A DNA stretch of 63,934 nt, counting the filler, from Vicugna vicugna (lineage: Eukaryota): assembly GCA_013265495.1 (NCBI GenBank). It is 77 parts of 75 records of this genome, joined end to end, with 100 filler letters (N's around TTAATTAATTAA, not from the genome) between each part and the next. Parts side by side here need not be neighbours in the genome. Positions count along the whole stretch, not along the records: positions 38,992 to 39,702 come from PNXW01016882.1; positions 39,803 to 40,495 come from MU060961.1; positions 40,596 to 42,005 come from MU060962.1; positions 42,106 to 42,871 come from MU060967.1; positions 42,972 to 43,557 come from MU060968.1; positions 43,658 to 44,071 come from MU060969.1; positions 44,172 to 46,307 come from MU060971.1; positions 46,408 to 46,902 come from PNXW01016986.1; 69 more parts are not named here. The stretch is one strand, 5' to 3'. Every line of letters starts with the position of its first letter. The stretch's first letter is position 1. The notes beneath the pieces were generated by a model. That model ran no database searches. It saw nothing but the letters and a program-made list of their open reading frames with translations, and was not told the DNA's origin. A program made the translations under genes and the position numbers. Of the stretch, positions 38,892 through 50,546 are shown piece by piece.

Positions 38892-39524
38892 NNNNNNNNN
38901 NNNNNNNNNNNNNNNNNNNNNNNNNNNNNNNNNNNTTAATTAATTAANNNNNNNNNNNNNNNNNNNNNNNNNNNNNNNNNNNNNNNNNNNNTAACCACTT
39001 TGGCTTAAAATTAGCAACAACAATGTCAGTAATGAAAACAGTGGCGAACATTTATTTGGTGTTTATGTCAAATTTTGTGTTAAACATTTTTCACAGCTGG
39101 GATGGAATTCTGTGAGCCATGATAATTGTGTTCCCTTAAAAAGGTGAACTTAACCAAATAATCAAGATGTATTTTTGTTAAAGATTTAATCATAATATAG
39201 CTAATCAAAAATTGTCCTGTAACATTAGTCTTCTATTTGAATCTGAATATTTGACGTTATTTTTCTCTTTCTTTCACTTCTTTAATTTGAAATGCTGCTA
39301 AAATATACTGCAGCTGGTAAGTGGCACGTGTTCCTTGTCTTGGATGGCTTTGAAGGTCTCCTGAAATCGTGTTTCACTTTCTTCAAATTTTATTTTTGCA
39401 TTCTTTGAGGAAGTGCAATGAATAAGGATATTTGCACTCTTCACATATAGTATCATAGAGAAAAAAACAAAAAATCAATTCAAAAGAAATAAGGCAGATG
39501 GTAAATGAAATTCAAAAGTATCTT

Positions 39525-39702
39525 TTTAAAAGACGTAAATGAACTTACTTACAAAGCAGAAACAGATCCGCAGACATAGGAAACAAACGTCGGCTACCAG
39601 AGGGGGAACGGGTGGGAAGGGATAAATTGGAAGTTTGAGGTTTACAGATACTATTACACACACAATAGATAAACAGTTTTCTACTGTATAGCACAGGGAA
39701 CT
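39525..39702 (+). mobile_element. LINE-1 3'UTR fragment (artiodactyl type)
   Basis: 'aaatgaacttacttacaaagcagaaacaga...gggataaattggaagtttgag...ctactgtatagcacagggaact'. Confidence 0.88.
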
Positions 39703-39802
39703 NNNNNNNNNNNNNNNNNNNNNNNNNNNNNNNNNNNNNNNNNNNNTTAATTAATTAANNNNNNNNNNNNNNNNNNNNNNNNNNNNNNNNNNNNNNNNNN
39801 NN

Positions 39803-40495
39803 TTTTATAGAGGAGGAAAGATAAGTAATCCACATGCCATCAACTCACGAATGCATGTTTGTCAAATCCGTCATATATGTAGCTTGTACGGGACACGGAA
39901 TATCATGTAGATGGAATCTATTCAAATTACATATCTCTAGGGTAGAATTCGCTCCAAGAGGGTTTTTCTGGGATCAAAGTGTGATTCTTGAACCTGGGGA
40001 TAGATAGAAGCTACAAAGACAAAGTAAATATTTCAGAGTGCATAAGTAACTTGTTTGGTGGTTGAAACATCAGTCATTCGCATGTTCAACTCAGAAATGC
40101 ATGTTTGAGGAATCCGTGATGCATGAACCATGCTCGTAATACGGAATTCCATGGTTATGTAAACAATGTAAACTACATGTGTATTGGTGAGAATTCGCTC
40201 AAAGAGTGTTTTCTGGTGCCAAGTGTCCGATTTTAGAACCTGGTGATAGGAAAAACCTATGAAGTCAGAGNNNNNNNNNNNNNNNNNNNNNNNNNNNNNN
40301 NNNNNNNNNNNNNNNNNNNNNNNNNNNNNNNNNNNNNNNNNNNNNNNNNNNNNNNNNNNNNNNNNNNNNNNNNNNNNNNNNNNNNNNNNNNNNNNNNNNN
40401 NNNCCCGGAATGCTGTTGAAATATATGTAAATTACATATCTGTTAGGTAAAAATCGTTCCAGAAATATTTTTCTGTGAAAAATGCACGAATTCGA
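39803..40495. repeat. Satellite C
   Basis: Subunits 2-3-1 in order. Confidence 0.93.
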
Positions 40496-40595
40496 NNNNN
40501 NNNNNNNNNNNNNNNNNNNNNNNNNNNNNNNNNNNNNNNTTAATTAATTAANNNNNNNNNNNNNNNNNNNNNNNNNNNNNNNNNNNNNNNNNNNN

Positions 40596-42005
40596 ATTCT
40601 ATATTCTGTGTTCTACATTCTATAATCTAAATTTTATATTAAGTATTCCTTATTCTGTATTCTAAATTCTATGTTCTGCATTCCATTTCTAAATTCTGGG
40701 TTCTCTATTCTCTATTCTCTATTCTATATTTTGTGTTCGTCATTCCTTATTCTACCTCCTATATTCTCCATTCCGTAGTCTATATTCTATATTCTGTGTT
40801 ATTTNNNNNNNNNNNNNNNNNNNNNNNNNNNNNNNNNNNNNNNNNNNNNNNNNNNNNNNNNNNNNNNNNNNNNNNNNNNNNNNNNNNNNNNNNNNNNNNN
40901 NNNNNNNNNNNNNNNNNNNNNNNNNNNNNNNNNNNNNNNNNNNNNNNNNNNNNNNNNNNNNNNNNNNNNNNNNNNNNNNTTTATTCAGTATTCTGTATAC
41001 TATATTTTATATTCTGTGTTCTGCATCCATGTTCTAAATTATGAGTTCTGTATTCTGTTTTCCATATTCTATATTCTCTGTTCTGCATTCACTATTCTGT
41101 ATTGTATATTCTGCATGCCGTATTCTATATTCTGTGTTCAACATTCTTTGTTCTAATTTTATATTCAGTATTCTATATTCTATATTGAAAATTCTGTGTT
41201 CTGCATTCCATGTTCTAAATTCTGTGTTCTCTATTCTTTATTCTATATTCTGTGTTCTACATTCTATACTCTAAATTCTACATACAGTATTCTTTATTAT
41301 ATATCTAAATTCTGTGTTCTACATTGTATATTCAAAATTCTATATTCAGTATTCTGTATTGTATATTCTTAATTATGTGTTCTGCAGTCCATGTTCTCAA
41401 TTATCTGTTTTGTATTCTGTTTTCCATATTCTATATTCTGTGTTCTATATTCTATTTTCTGTNNNNNNNNNNNNNNNNNNNNNNNNNNNNNNNNNNNNNN
41501 NNNNNNNNNNNNNNNNNNNNNNNNNNNNNNNNNNNNNNNNNNNNNNNNNNNNNNNNNNNNNNNNNNNNNNNNNNNNNNNNNNNNNNNNNNNNNNNNNNNN
41601 NNNNNNNNNNNNNNNNNNNNNNNNNNNNNNNNNNNNNNNNNNNNNNNNNNNNNNNNNNNNNNNNNNNNNNNNNNNNNNNNNNNNNNNNNNNNNNNNNNNN
41701 NNNNNNNNNNNNNNNNNNNNNNNNNNNNNNNNNNNNNNNNNNNNNNNNNNNNNNNNNNNNNNNNNNNNNNNNNNNNNNNNNNNNNNNNNNNNNNNNNNNN
41801 NNNNNNNNNNNNNNNNNNNNNNNNNNNNNNNNNNNNNNNNNNNNNNNNNNNNNNNNNNNNNNNNNNNNNNNNNNNNNNNNNNNNNNNNNNNNNNNNNNNN
41901 NNTTCTCCATTCTGTAGTCTATATTCTATATTCTGTGTTATATAGTATATATTCTAAATCCTATATTCAGTATTCTTTATTCTCTTTTCTAAATTCTGTG
42001 TTCTG
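40596..42005. repeat. Satellite A
   Basis: Heptamer period, pyrimidine strand. Confidence 0.95.
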
Positions 42006-42105
42006 NNNNNNNNNNNNNNNNNNNNNNNNNNNNNNNNNNNNNNNNNNNNTTAATTAATTAANNNNNNNNNNNNNNNNNNNNNNNNNNNNNNNNNNNNNNN
42101 NNNNN

Positions 42106-42871
42106 AGGGAAGGTATTTCTCCGACTTCCCCGAACAGGGAACTTCTGTGACTGAAGAGAACTGCATGGAGTTGTCCCTCGAGCTCCCCCACGCACTGACA
42201 ATGGTTCCGGAATCCTGAGCGTGGGGAGGTTCCACCAACGGTCGGCAGCGCGTGGGTTCGAACGGGATGCCTGTGCTCGTCTCCCCNNNNNNNNNNNNNN
42301 NNNNNNNNNNNNNNNNNNNNNNNNNNNNNNNNNNNNNNNNNNNNNNNNNNNNNNNNNNNNNNNNNNNNNNNNNNNNNNNNNNNNNNNNNNNNNNNNNNNN
42401 NNNNNNNNNNNNNNNNNNNNNNNNNNNNNNNNNNNNNNNNNNNNNNNNNNNNNNNNNNNNNNNNNNNNNNNNNNNNNNNNNNNNNNNNNNNNNNNNNNNN
42501 NNNNNNNNNNNNNNNNNNNNNNNNNNNNNNNNNNNNNNNNNNNNNNNNNNNNNNNNNNNNNNNNNNNNNNNNNNNNNNNNNNNNNNNNNNNNNNNNNNNN
42601 NNNNNNNNNNNNNNNNNNNNNNNNNNNNNNNNNNNNNNNNNNNNNNNNNNNNNNNNNNNNNNNNNNNNNNNNNNNNNNNNNNNNNNNNNNNNNNNNNNNN
42701 NNNNNNNNNNNNNNNNNNNNNNNNNNNNNNNNNNNNNNNNNNNNNNNNNNNNNNNNNNNNNNNNNNNNNNNNNNNNNNNNNNNNNNNNNNNNNNNNNNNN
42801 NNNNNNNNNNNNNNNNACCTAATGTTTCTGTGCCAGGAAATGCTAGGGGGGTTTGTAGGAAATCCCAGTGA
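42106..42871. repeat. Satellite B
   Basis: Colinear with the B monomer. Confidence 0.94.
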
Positions 42872-42971
42872 NNNNNNNNNNNNNNNNNNNNNNNNNNNNN
42901 NNNNNNNNNNNNNNNTTAATTAATTAANNNNNNNNNNNNNNNNNNNNNNNNNNNNNNNNNNNNNNNNNNNN

Positions 42972-43557
42972 TGGGGGAGCTCGAGAGAAAACTCCACGCA
43001 GCTCTGTTCAGTCACATGTGTTCCCAGTTCGGCGAAGTCCGAGAAATACCTTCCCTGAATTTGGGGAGGCAGCCTCTGTCACTGGGATATCCTGCAAACC
43101 CCCCAAGCATTCCCTGGCACAGAGAAATTAGGAAAACCCNNNNNNNNNNNNNNNNNNNNNNNNNNNNNNNNNNNNNNNNNNNNNNNNNNNNNNNNNNNNN
43201 NNNNNNNNNNNNNNNNNNNNNNNNNNNNNNNNNNNNNNNNNNNNNNNNNNNNNNNNNNNNNNNNNNNNNNNNNNNNNNNNNNNNNNNNNNNNNNNNNNNN
43301 NNNNNNNNNNNNNNNNNNNNNNNNNNNNNNNNNNNNNNNNNNNNNNNNNNNNNNNNNNNNNNNNNNNNCTGTTCGGGGAAGTCCGAGAAATAACTTCCCT
43401 GACCTTGGGGAGACTGCCTCTGTCACTGGGATATCCTGCAAACCCCCCTAGCATTCCATGGCACAGAGACATTAGGAAAAGCCTCAGGGGAGACGAGCAT
43501 AGGGATTCCGTTTAAACCCACGCGCTGCCGACCGTCGGTGGAACCTCCCCACGCTCA
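42972..43557. repeat. Satellite B (opposite orientation)
   Basis: Reverse complement of the B monomer. Confidence 0.94.
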
Positions 43558-43954
43558 NNNNNNNNNNNNNNNNNNNNNNNNNNNNNNNNNNNNNNNNNNN
43601 NTTAATTAATTAANNNNNNNNNNNNNNNNNNNNNNNNNNNNNNNNNNNNNNNNNNNNTGGCTCATGTACAAACTGTGAGCAGTTTCATGGCTGCCTTTAG
43701 GCCTGAGGAGCCACAGAAGAGCCCAGGTTAGACCAAGGATGGCTTTCTATGCACTTGAAAGCCAGCTTTCCTGCCTGTATGGTGAAGCCTGGTGGGCGTG
43801 GCAGGTAGATGATCAAGGTCTGACCAAGGTCATTGGCTGCACAGCGCGCTGTGTCTGTGAGAACTGGTGACCACTACCATGGGAAATGCTTGGTGCCAGG
43901 AACACTGCAGGGGAGCTGGGGAGCCTGTGTGTTAAGGATTTTCCACAGTCCTGG

Positions 43955-44071
43955 GGAAGATCAGACTCTGCATTCAAATCTGAGTTTGAATTCATCCTCT
44001 TTAGTTTACTGGTCCTCTGACTTTTGTCAAGTTATACATCCTGTTTGAACTCCTGCTTTCTTGCCTTGCCT
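43955..44071 (+). mobile_element. MIR fragment
   Basis: 'ctgagtttgaattcatcctct..tttactgg..tctgacttttgtcaagtta..catcctgtttgaactcctgctttct'. Confidence 0.5.
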
Positions 44072-45833
44072 NNNNNNNNNNNNNNNNNNNNNNNNNNNNN
44101 NNNNNNNNNNNNNNNTTAATTAATTAANNNNNNNNNNNNNNNNNNNNNNNNNNNNNNNNNNNNNNNNNNNNCAATAGGCACCTCACGCAGGTGGGACTCG
44201 GGTCCCCTCTGCCTATAACTCACAGGGTTGGTCTCGACATTCTTTTTATCAATTATCTGGCATCTTCTCCTCCAACTTACCAACAACCAGAAAGTAGAAT
44301 CTGATCTTAGTTAAGTTCAAGAATCACAGAGCACCGCCTCCACAGCGGGTCCGGCAGCATGTACCAGGTCCTCCNNNNNNNNNNNNNNNNNNNNNNNNNN
44401 NNNNNNNNNNNNNNNNNNNNNNNNNNNNNNNNNNNNNNNNNAGCCCAGAAGGTCTGCACTTCCAACGCAAAGTGGGGCCGTTGACTTAATCACAGTGACA
44501 AAGTGAGAATGAGCATTTCTCTGTTCTCTACCATACTCCGTGATACGCCTTTCCCTGCATTGCATTAGGNNNNNNNNNNNNNNNNNNNNNNNNNNNNNNN
44601 NNNNNNNNNNNNNNNNNNNNNNNNNNNNNNNNNNNNNNNNNNNNNNNNNNNNNNNNNNNNNNNNNNNNNNNNNNNNNNNNNNNNNNNNNNNNNNNNNNNN
44701 NNNNNNNNNNNNNNNNNNNNNNNNNNNAATCCAAACCTGGTGGCTGTCGGACAGGAAGAGAGGGCCTGAGCCGAACAGGTGCTGGGCCTGGGGGGCAGGA
44801 GACACTGGCTCCAGCCCCAGCTCAACCAGCGCCTCGTTCTGCCTCTCCTCTCGNNNNNNNNNNNNNNNNNNNNNNNNNNNNNNNNNNNNNNNNNNNNNNN
44901 NNNNNNNNNNNNNNNNNNNNNNNNNNNNNNNNNNNNNNNNNNNNNNNNNNNNNNNNNNNNNNNNNNNNNNNNNNNNNNNNNNNNNNNNNNNNNNNNNNNN
45001 NNNNNNNNNNNNNNNNNNNNNNNNNNNNNNNNNNNNNNNNNNNNNNNNNNNNNNNNNNNNNNNNNNNNNNNNNNNNNNNNNNNNNNNNNNNNNNNNNNNN
45101 NNNNNNNNNNNNNNNNNNNNNNNNNNNNNNNNNNNNNNNNNNNNNNNNNNNNNNNNNNNNNNNNNNNNNNNNNNNNNNNNNNNNNNNNNNNNNNNNNNNN
45201 NNNNNNNNNNNNNNNNNNNNNNNNNNNNNNNNNNNNNNNNNNNNNNNNNNNNNNNNNNNNNNNNNNNNNNNNNNNNNNNNNNNNNNNNNNNNNNNNNNNN
45301 NNNNNNNNNNNNNNNNNNNNNNNNNNNNNNNNNNNNNNNNNNNNNNNNNNNNNNNNNNNNNNNNNNNNNNNNNNNNNNNNNNNNNNNNNNNNNNNNNNNN
45401 NNNNNNNNNNNNNNNNNNNNNNNNNNNNNNNNNNNNNNNNNNNNNNNNNNNNNNNNNNNNNNNNNNNNNNNNNNNNNNNNNNNNNNNNNNNNNNNNNNNN
45501 NNNNNNNNNNNNNNNNNNNNNNNNNNNNNNNNNNNNNNNNNNNNNNNNNNNNNNNNNNNNNNNNNNNNNNNNNNNNNNNNNNNNNNNNNNNNNNNNNNNN
45601 NNNNNNNNNNNNNNNNNNNNNNNNNNNNNNNNNNNNNNNNNNNNNNNNNNNNNNNNNNNNNNNNNNNNNNNNNNNNNNNNNNNNNNNNNNNNNNNNNNNN
45701 NNNNNNNNNNNNNNNNNNNNNNNNNNNNNNNNNNNNNNNNNNNNNNNNNNNNNNNNNNNNNNNNNNNNNNNNNNNNNNNNNNNNNNNNNNNNNNNNNNNN
45801 NNNNNNNNNNNNNNNNNNNNNNNNNNNNNNNNN

Positions 45834-46063
45834 NGTGGGTCTGGAAGTCGCTCCACCCATTCTCGGGCGCATAGTGGTGCCTGTAGTGGATACAGATTGC
45901 CCACTGGGAGCCGCACGGGCTGATCTGGCTCACCGAGGAGATTCGCTTATAGATGCAAAAGAAATTCTCCTCTGAGATGATCCCCACGGGTTGGACCACC
46001 ACGGGAAGAGTCTCATAGTCCTCAGCACACTGCACGTAGTCAGGGATGCTGATGTTGCAGGCC
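45834..46063 (-). pseudogene. TRAPPC9: Genomic duplicate of the TRAPPC9 first coding exon, copy 2 (ATG>ATC; frame open until the N gap)
   Basis: [47 protein letters not shown]....[19 protein letters not shown]; acceptor AG at 46065-46064; upstream flank 46064-46235 is homologous to 8681-8864. Confidence 0.93.
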
Positions 46064-46419
46064 CTGCCGAGAGGGGAGAGGAGATCGAGGTACATACTGT
46101 GCTGTGGGCTGTGGGCCCATCTGGATTGCGGTAACCAGTCACAAGGCAAGGGAAGCCAAAGCAAATCCGGGGGTACAGTTTGTCCTCAGAGTCTGCACAT
46201 GGCTACCGTAGCTCGGATCACATTACCCAGGTTTTGGTCCAGGCTTCCTGCCCCTGCAGTGAAGGGTCATTTCTTGTTTTCTGTTTCCAAGCACCTAGCA
46301 AGGCCCTNNNNNNNNNNNNNNNNNNNNNNNNNNNNNNNNNNNNNNNNNNNNTTAATTAATTAANNNNNNNNNNNNNNNNNNNNNNNNNNNNNNNNNNNNN
46401 NNNNNNNTTTGGCAGTGTC

Positions 46420-46590
46420 CTAAATTATAGTGCCATTCCCAGAAATAAGAAGAGCAGGAAGAGAGGCAGGTCATGAGAGGAGACAACTGATTCAGTTCTG
46501 GCTGGGTGCCTGTGGGCTCCAGGAGAGATGTCCAGTAGGCAAATAAAAGTCTAGAAATCGGGAGAAAGTTCTAGGCTGAGCCAAGTAATT
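46420..46590 (-). mobile_element. LINE-2 fragment
   Basis: 'tccaggagagatgtccagtaggcaaataaaagtctagaaatcgggagaaagttctaggctg' resembles antisense L2. Confidence 0.55.
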
Positions 46591-46744
46591 TTCCTGTTTC
46601 AAGAGGCTAATGGGTGTGAGGGGACAAGCTCACGAGAAGAGGTGTATAGGGATAGCTCTCACCATTCTGCACATGGGAAGCATCTGGGAGCCTTTAAAAC
46701 ATATTGCGTCCCAGACTGGAGTGGGGCCTTTGTACTTTTTATTG

Positions 46745-46847
46745 TTTTTTAAATACTTCTTTCCTTTTTGTGGGGGGTAGTTAGCTTTATTTACTTTAAT
46801 GGAGGTACTGGGAATTGAACCCAGGACCTCTTGCATGCTAAGCAAAC
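46745..46847 (-). mobile_element. Camelid tRNA-derived SINE (Vic-1-like)
   Basis: 'ggaggtactgggaattgaacccaggacctcttgcatgctaagca' is the reverse complement of the SINE body. Confidence 0.85.
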
Positions 46848-48760
46848 CCGTAACGCACCCCACCTTTTTTTGTTTTTAGACATTAGCTATACTGAGCAGT
46901 CANNNNNNNNNNNNNNNNNNNNNNNNNNNNNNNNNNNNNNNNNNNNTTAATTAATTAANNNNNNNNNNNNNNNNNNNNNNNNNNNNNNNNNNNNNNNNNN
47001 NNTAGAATTAATTGTTTTCCAGGCAGCAGATCTGTTGGTATAACAGAAACTTAGTCCATTGAATTAATCTAGAAATCCTTCCTGCTCTGCTTCTGTCCAC
47101 ACTTGCCATGTGACTGCCTGCCCGTGTTTGGGCCGTGGAGGAGAACATATACTCATGGTNNNNNNNNNNNNNNNNNNNNNNNNNNNNNNNNNNNNNNNNN
47201 NNNNNNNNNNNNNNNNNNNNNNNNNNNNNNNNNNNNNNNNNNNNNNNNNNNNNNNNNNNNNNNNNNNNNNNNNNNNNNNNNNNNNNNNNNNNNNNNNNNN
47301 NNNNNNNNNNNNNNNNNNNNNNNNNNNNNNNNNNNNNNNNNNNNNNNNNNNNNNNNNNNNNNNNNNNNNNNNNNNNNNNNNNNNNNNNNNNNNNNNNNNN
47401 NNNNNNNNNNNNNNNNNNNNNNNNNNNNNNNNNNNNNNNNNNNNNNNNNNNNNNNNNNNNNNNNNNNNNNNNNNNNNNNNNNNNNNNNNNNNNNNNNNNN
47501 NNNNNNNNNNNNNNNNNNNNNNNNNNNNNNNNNNNNNNNNNNNNNNNNNNNNNNNNNNNNNNNNNNNNNNNNNNNNNNNNNNNNNNNNNNNNNNNNNNNN
47601 NNNNNNNNNNNNNNNNNNNNNNNNNNNNNNNNNNNNNNNNNNNNNNNNNNNNNNNNNNNNNNNNNNNNNNNNNNNNNNNNNNNNNNNNNNNNNNNNNNNN
47701 NNNNNNNNNNNNNNNNNNNNNNNNNNNNNNNNNNNNNNNNNNNNNNNNNNNNNNNNNNNNNNNNNNNNNNNNNNNNNNNNNNNNNNNNNNNNNNNNNNNN
47801 NNNNNNNNNNNNNNNNNNNNNNNNNNNNNNNNNNNNNNNNNNNNNNNNNNNNNNNNNNNNNNNNNNNNNNNNNNNNNNNNNNNNNNNNNNNNNNNNCTGA
47901 ACAGTTTTTAGTGTTTTCTGGGACTCCCCAGTGCCCCAAGGTTCCATGCAGCTGGGTGTCCCCTCATTGCAGCTCCGTCAGCGCTTGCCCTGGGCTGATG
48001 TGGTGTCTTGGGAAGCAGGACGGCCAGCGTCCCCGGCTCCTCTGAGCTCCGTCTNNNNNNNNNNNNNNNNNNNNNNNNNNNNNNNNNNNNNNNNNNNNTT
48101 AATTAATTAANNNNNNNNNNNNNNNNNNNNNNNNNNNNNNNNNNNNNNNNNNNNATTATTGACTAAGTGGTGGGGGAAGCTTTGAACTCCAGTGTTCTGG
48201 CTTCAGAGCCACATCTCAGTCCTGATTTTTAGAAGGTGGAGGTCCAGGCACTAGGGACCCTCCAACTTCCTCACTTGTAGTCGTACTCAAGGGCTGCCGC
48301 TCCCAAGGCGTCTGGGTGAACACACTTAATCCGCTTACTCTGCACCAGCTGAGCCCTTGGCTGCCAGTCTGTTGTCACTGCCTGAAACCAGCTGAGGTTT
48401 TACAAGTGAACCATCAACCCCTGCCAGCCCACCTGCCCTGCCATGTGGACTGCCCTGCCGGGCAGACCCCTCCTAGCCTGGACATTCTAAACCCTTAGCT
48501 CACACATTTGCACAACTGCATCAAAAGGGCCCTACTCCCTGTGTGGAGATATCGACAAGGGGAAGGGAGGGGAGTTTGGGGTGGCCGATTACTGTGAAGG
48601 TGACACATGACAGGAACATGTTCATGTCCATAATGGCACTCAATTTGAAGCTAAGAACATNNNNNNNNNNNNNNNNNNNNNNNNNNNNNNNNNNNNNNNN
48701 NNNNTTAATTAATTAANNNNNNNNNNNNNNNNNNNNNNNNNNNNNNNNNNNNNNNNNNNN

Positions 48761-49687
48761 CTCGTCTCCCCTGAGTGTTTTTCTAATATCTCTGTGACAG
48801 GGAATCCTTGGGATGGTTGCAGGATATCCCAGTGTACGAGGCTGCCTCCCCAAGGTCAGGGAAGATATTTCTCGGACGTCCTGGAACAGGGAACTCCTGT
48901 GACTGTAGAGAGCTGCGTGGAGTTGTCTCTCGAGCTCCCCCACGCACTGACAACGGTTCCGGAATCCTGAGCGTGGGGAGGTTCCACCAACGGTCGGCAG
49001 CGCGTGGGTTCTAACGGAATGCCTAAGCGCGTTTCCCCTGAGGTTTTTCCTAATGTCTCTGTGCCAGTGAATGCTAGGCGTGATTGCAGTATATCCCAGT
49101 GTCACAGGCTGCCTCCCCAAGGTCAGGGAAGGTATTTCTCGGACTTCCCCAAACAGGGAACACCTGTGACTGAAGGGAGCTGCGTGGAGATGTTTCTCGA
49201 GCTCCCCCACGCACTGACAACGGTTCCGGAATCCTGAGCGTGGGGAGATTCCACCAACGGTCGGCAGCGCGTGGGTTTTAACGGAATGCCTAAGCTCGTC
49301 TCCCCTGAGGGTTTTCCTAATGTCTCTGTGCCAGGGAATGCTAGGGGTGACTGCAGGATATCCCAGTGACCGAGGCTGCCTCCGCAAAGCCAGGGAAGTT
49401 ATTTCTCGGACTTCCCCGAAAAGGGAACTCCTGTGACTGAAGAGAGCTGCGTGGAGTTGTCTCTCGAACTCCCCCACGCACTGACAACTGTTCCGGAATC
49501 CTGAGCGTGGGGAGGTTCCACATGGTTCTAAAGGAATGCTTAAGCTCGTCTACCCCTGAGGGTTATCCTAATGTTTCTGTGCCAGGGAATGCTAGGTGTG
49601 ATTGCAGGTTATCCCAGTAACCTAGGCTGCCTCCCCAAGGTAAGGGAAGTTATTTCTCAGACTTCTCCGAACAGGGAACTCCTGTGA
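48761..49687. repeat. Satellite B, ~3.5 tandem 267-bp monomers
   Basis: 'ggaatcctgagcgtgggga' at 48961, 49228 and 49495 (exact 267 spacing). Confidence 0.97.
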
Positions 49688-49787
49688 NNNNNNNNNNNNN
49701 NNNNNNNNNNNNNNNNNNNNNNNNNNNNNNNTTAATTAATTAANNNNNNNNNNNNNNNNNNNNNNNNNNNNNNNNNNNNNNNNNNNN

Positions 49788-50235
49788 GTGGAAGAGGAGG
49801 AGGAGGTGGAAGAGGAGGACGTGGAGGAGGAGATGGAGGAGGAGGAGATGGAGGAGGAGGAAACGGAGGTGGTGGAGGAGGAGGTGGAGGAGGAGGTGGA
49901 GGAGGAGGAGATTTAGGAGGAAGAGGAGGTGGTAGAGGAGGAGGAGGTGGAAGAGGAGGAGGAGGAGGATGTGGAGGAGGAGGATGTGGAGGAGGAGGAT
50001 GTGGAGGAGGAGGAGGAGCTGAAGGAGGAGGAGGAGTTGGAGGAGGAGGTGGAGGAGGACTTGGAGGAGGTGGAGGAGGAGGTGGAGGAGGACTTGGAGG
50101 AGGAGGTGGAGGAGGAGGTGAAGGAGGAGGAGGTGGAGGAGATGGAGGAGGAGGAGGTGGAGGAGGAGGTGGAGGAGGAGGAGGGGGAGGAGGAGGAGGA
50201 GGAGGAGGAGGTGGTGGAGGAGGAGGAGGAGGTGG
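49788..50235 (+). repeat. Degenerate (GAG)n purine-rich trinucleotide repeat
   Basis: ~150 triplets; poly-Glu in one frame with an in-frame TAG at 49914. Confidence 0.9.
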
Positions 50236-50546
50236 ACTTTAGTTGATCTTCTTGTGAGGTGGAGTGAAATCAGTTATGACCTTTGGTACCATCTTGGGGA
50301 CACTGCCTTCTAGATAAACATTTCCTAAATGAACACGGACAACACTAACTGTAAAGAACAAGTGATACACTGGTTTTTATGAACTGAAAGACTTAACAAA
50401 TACACCATTAAGAGAGCAGTGAGGCACCCTGGGAGATGATACTCACNNNNNNNNNNNNNNNNNNNNNNNNNNNNNNNNNNNNNNNNNNNNTTAATTAATT
50501 AANNNNNNNNNNNNNNNNNNNNNNNNNNNNNNNNNNNNNNNNNNNN

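Noticed and set aside
42255..42270. CENP-B box-like 'ttcgaacggga' in satellite B
   Set aside because: TTCG and CGGG spacing is wrong and the variant is not in the consensus monomer
44317..44374. Further TRAPPC9 exon in the distal part of the copy 2 scaffold
   Set aside because: EDLVHAAGPAVEAVL does not convincingly match the next TRAPPC9 exon
44317..46164. 615-aa ORF and other long X-filled ORFs
   Set aside because: Length comes from N runs; only the TRAPPC9-like part is interpretable
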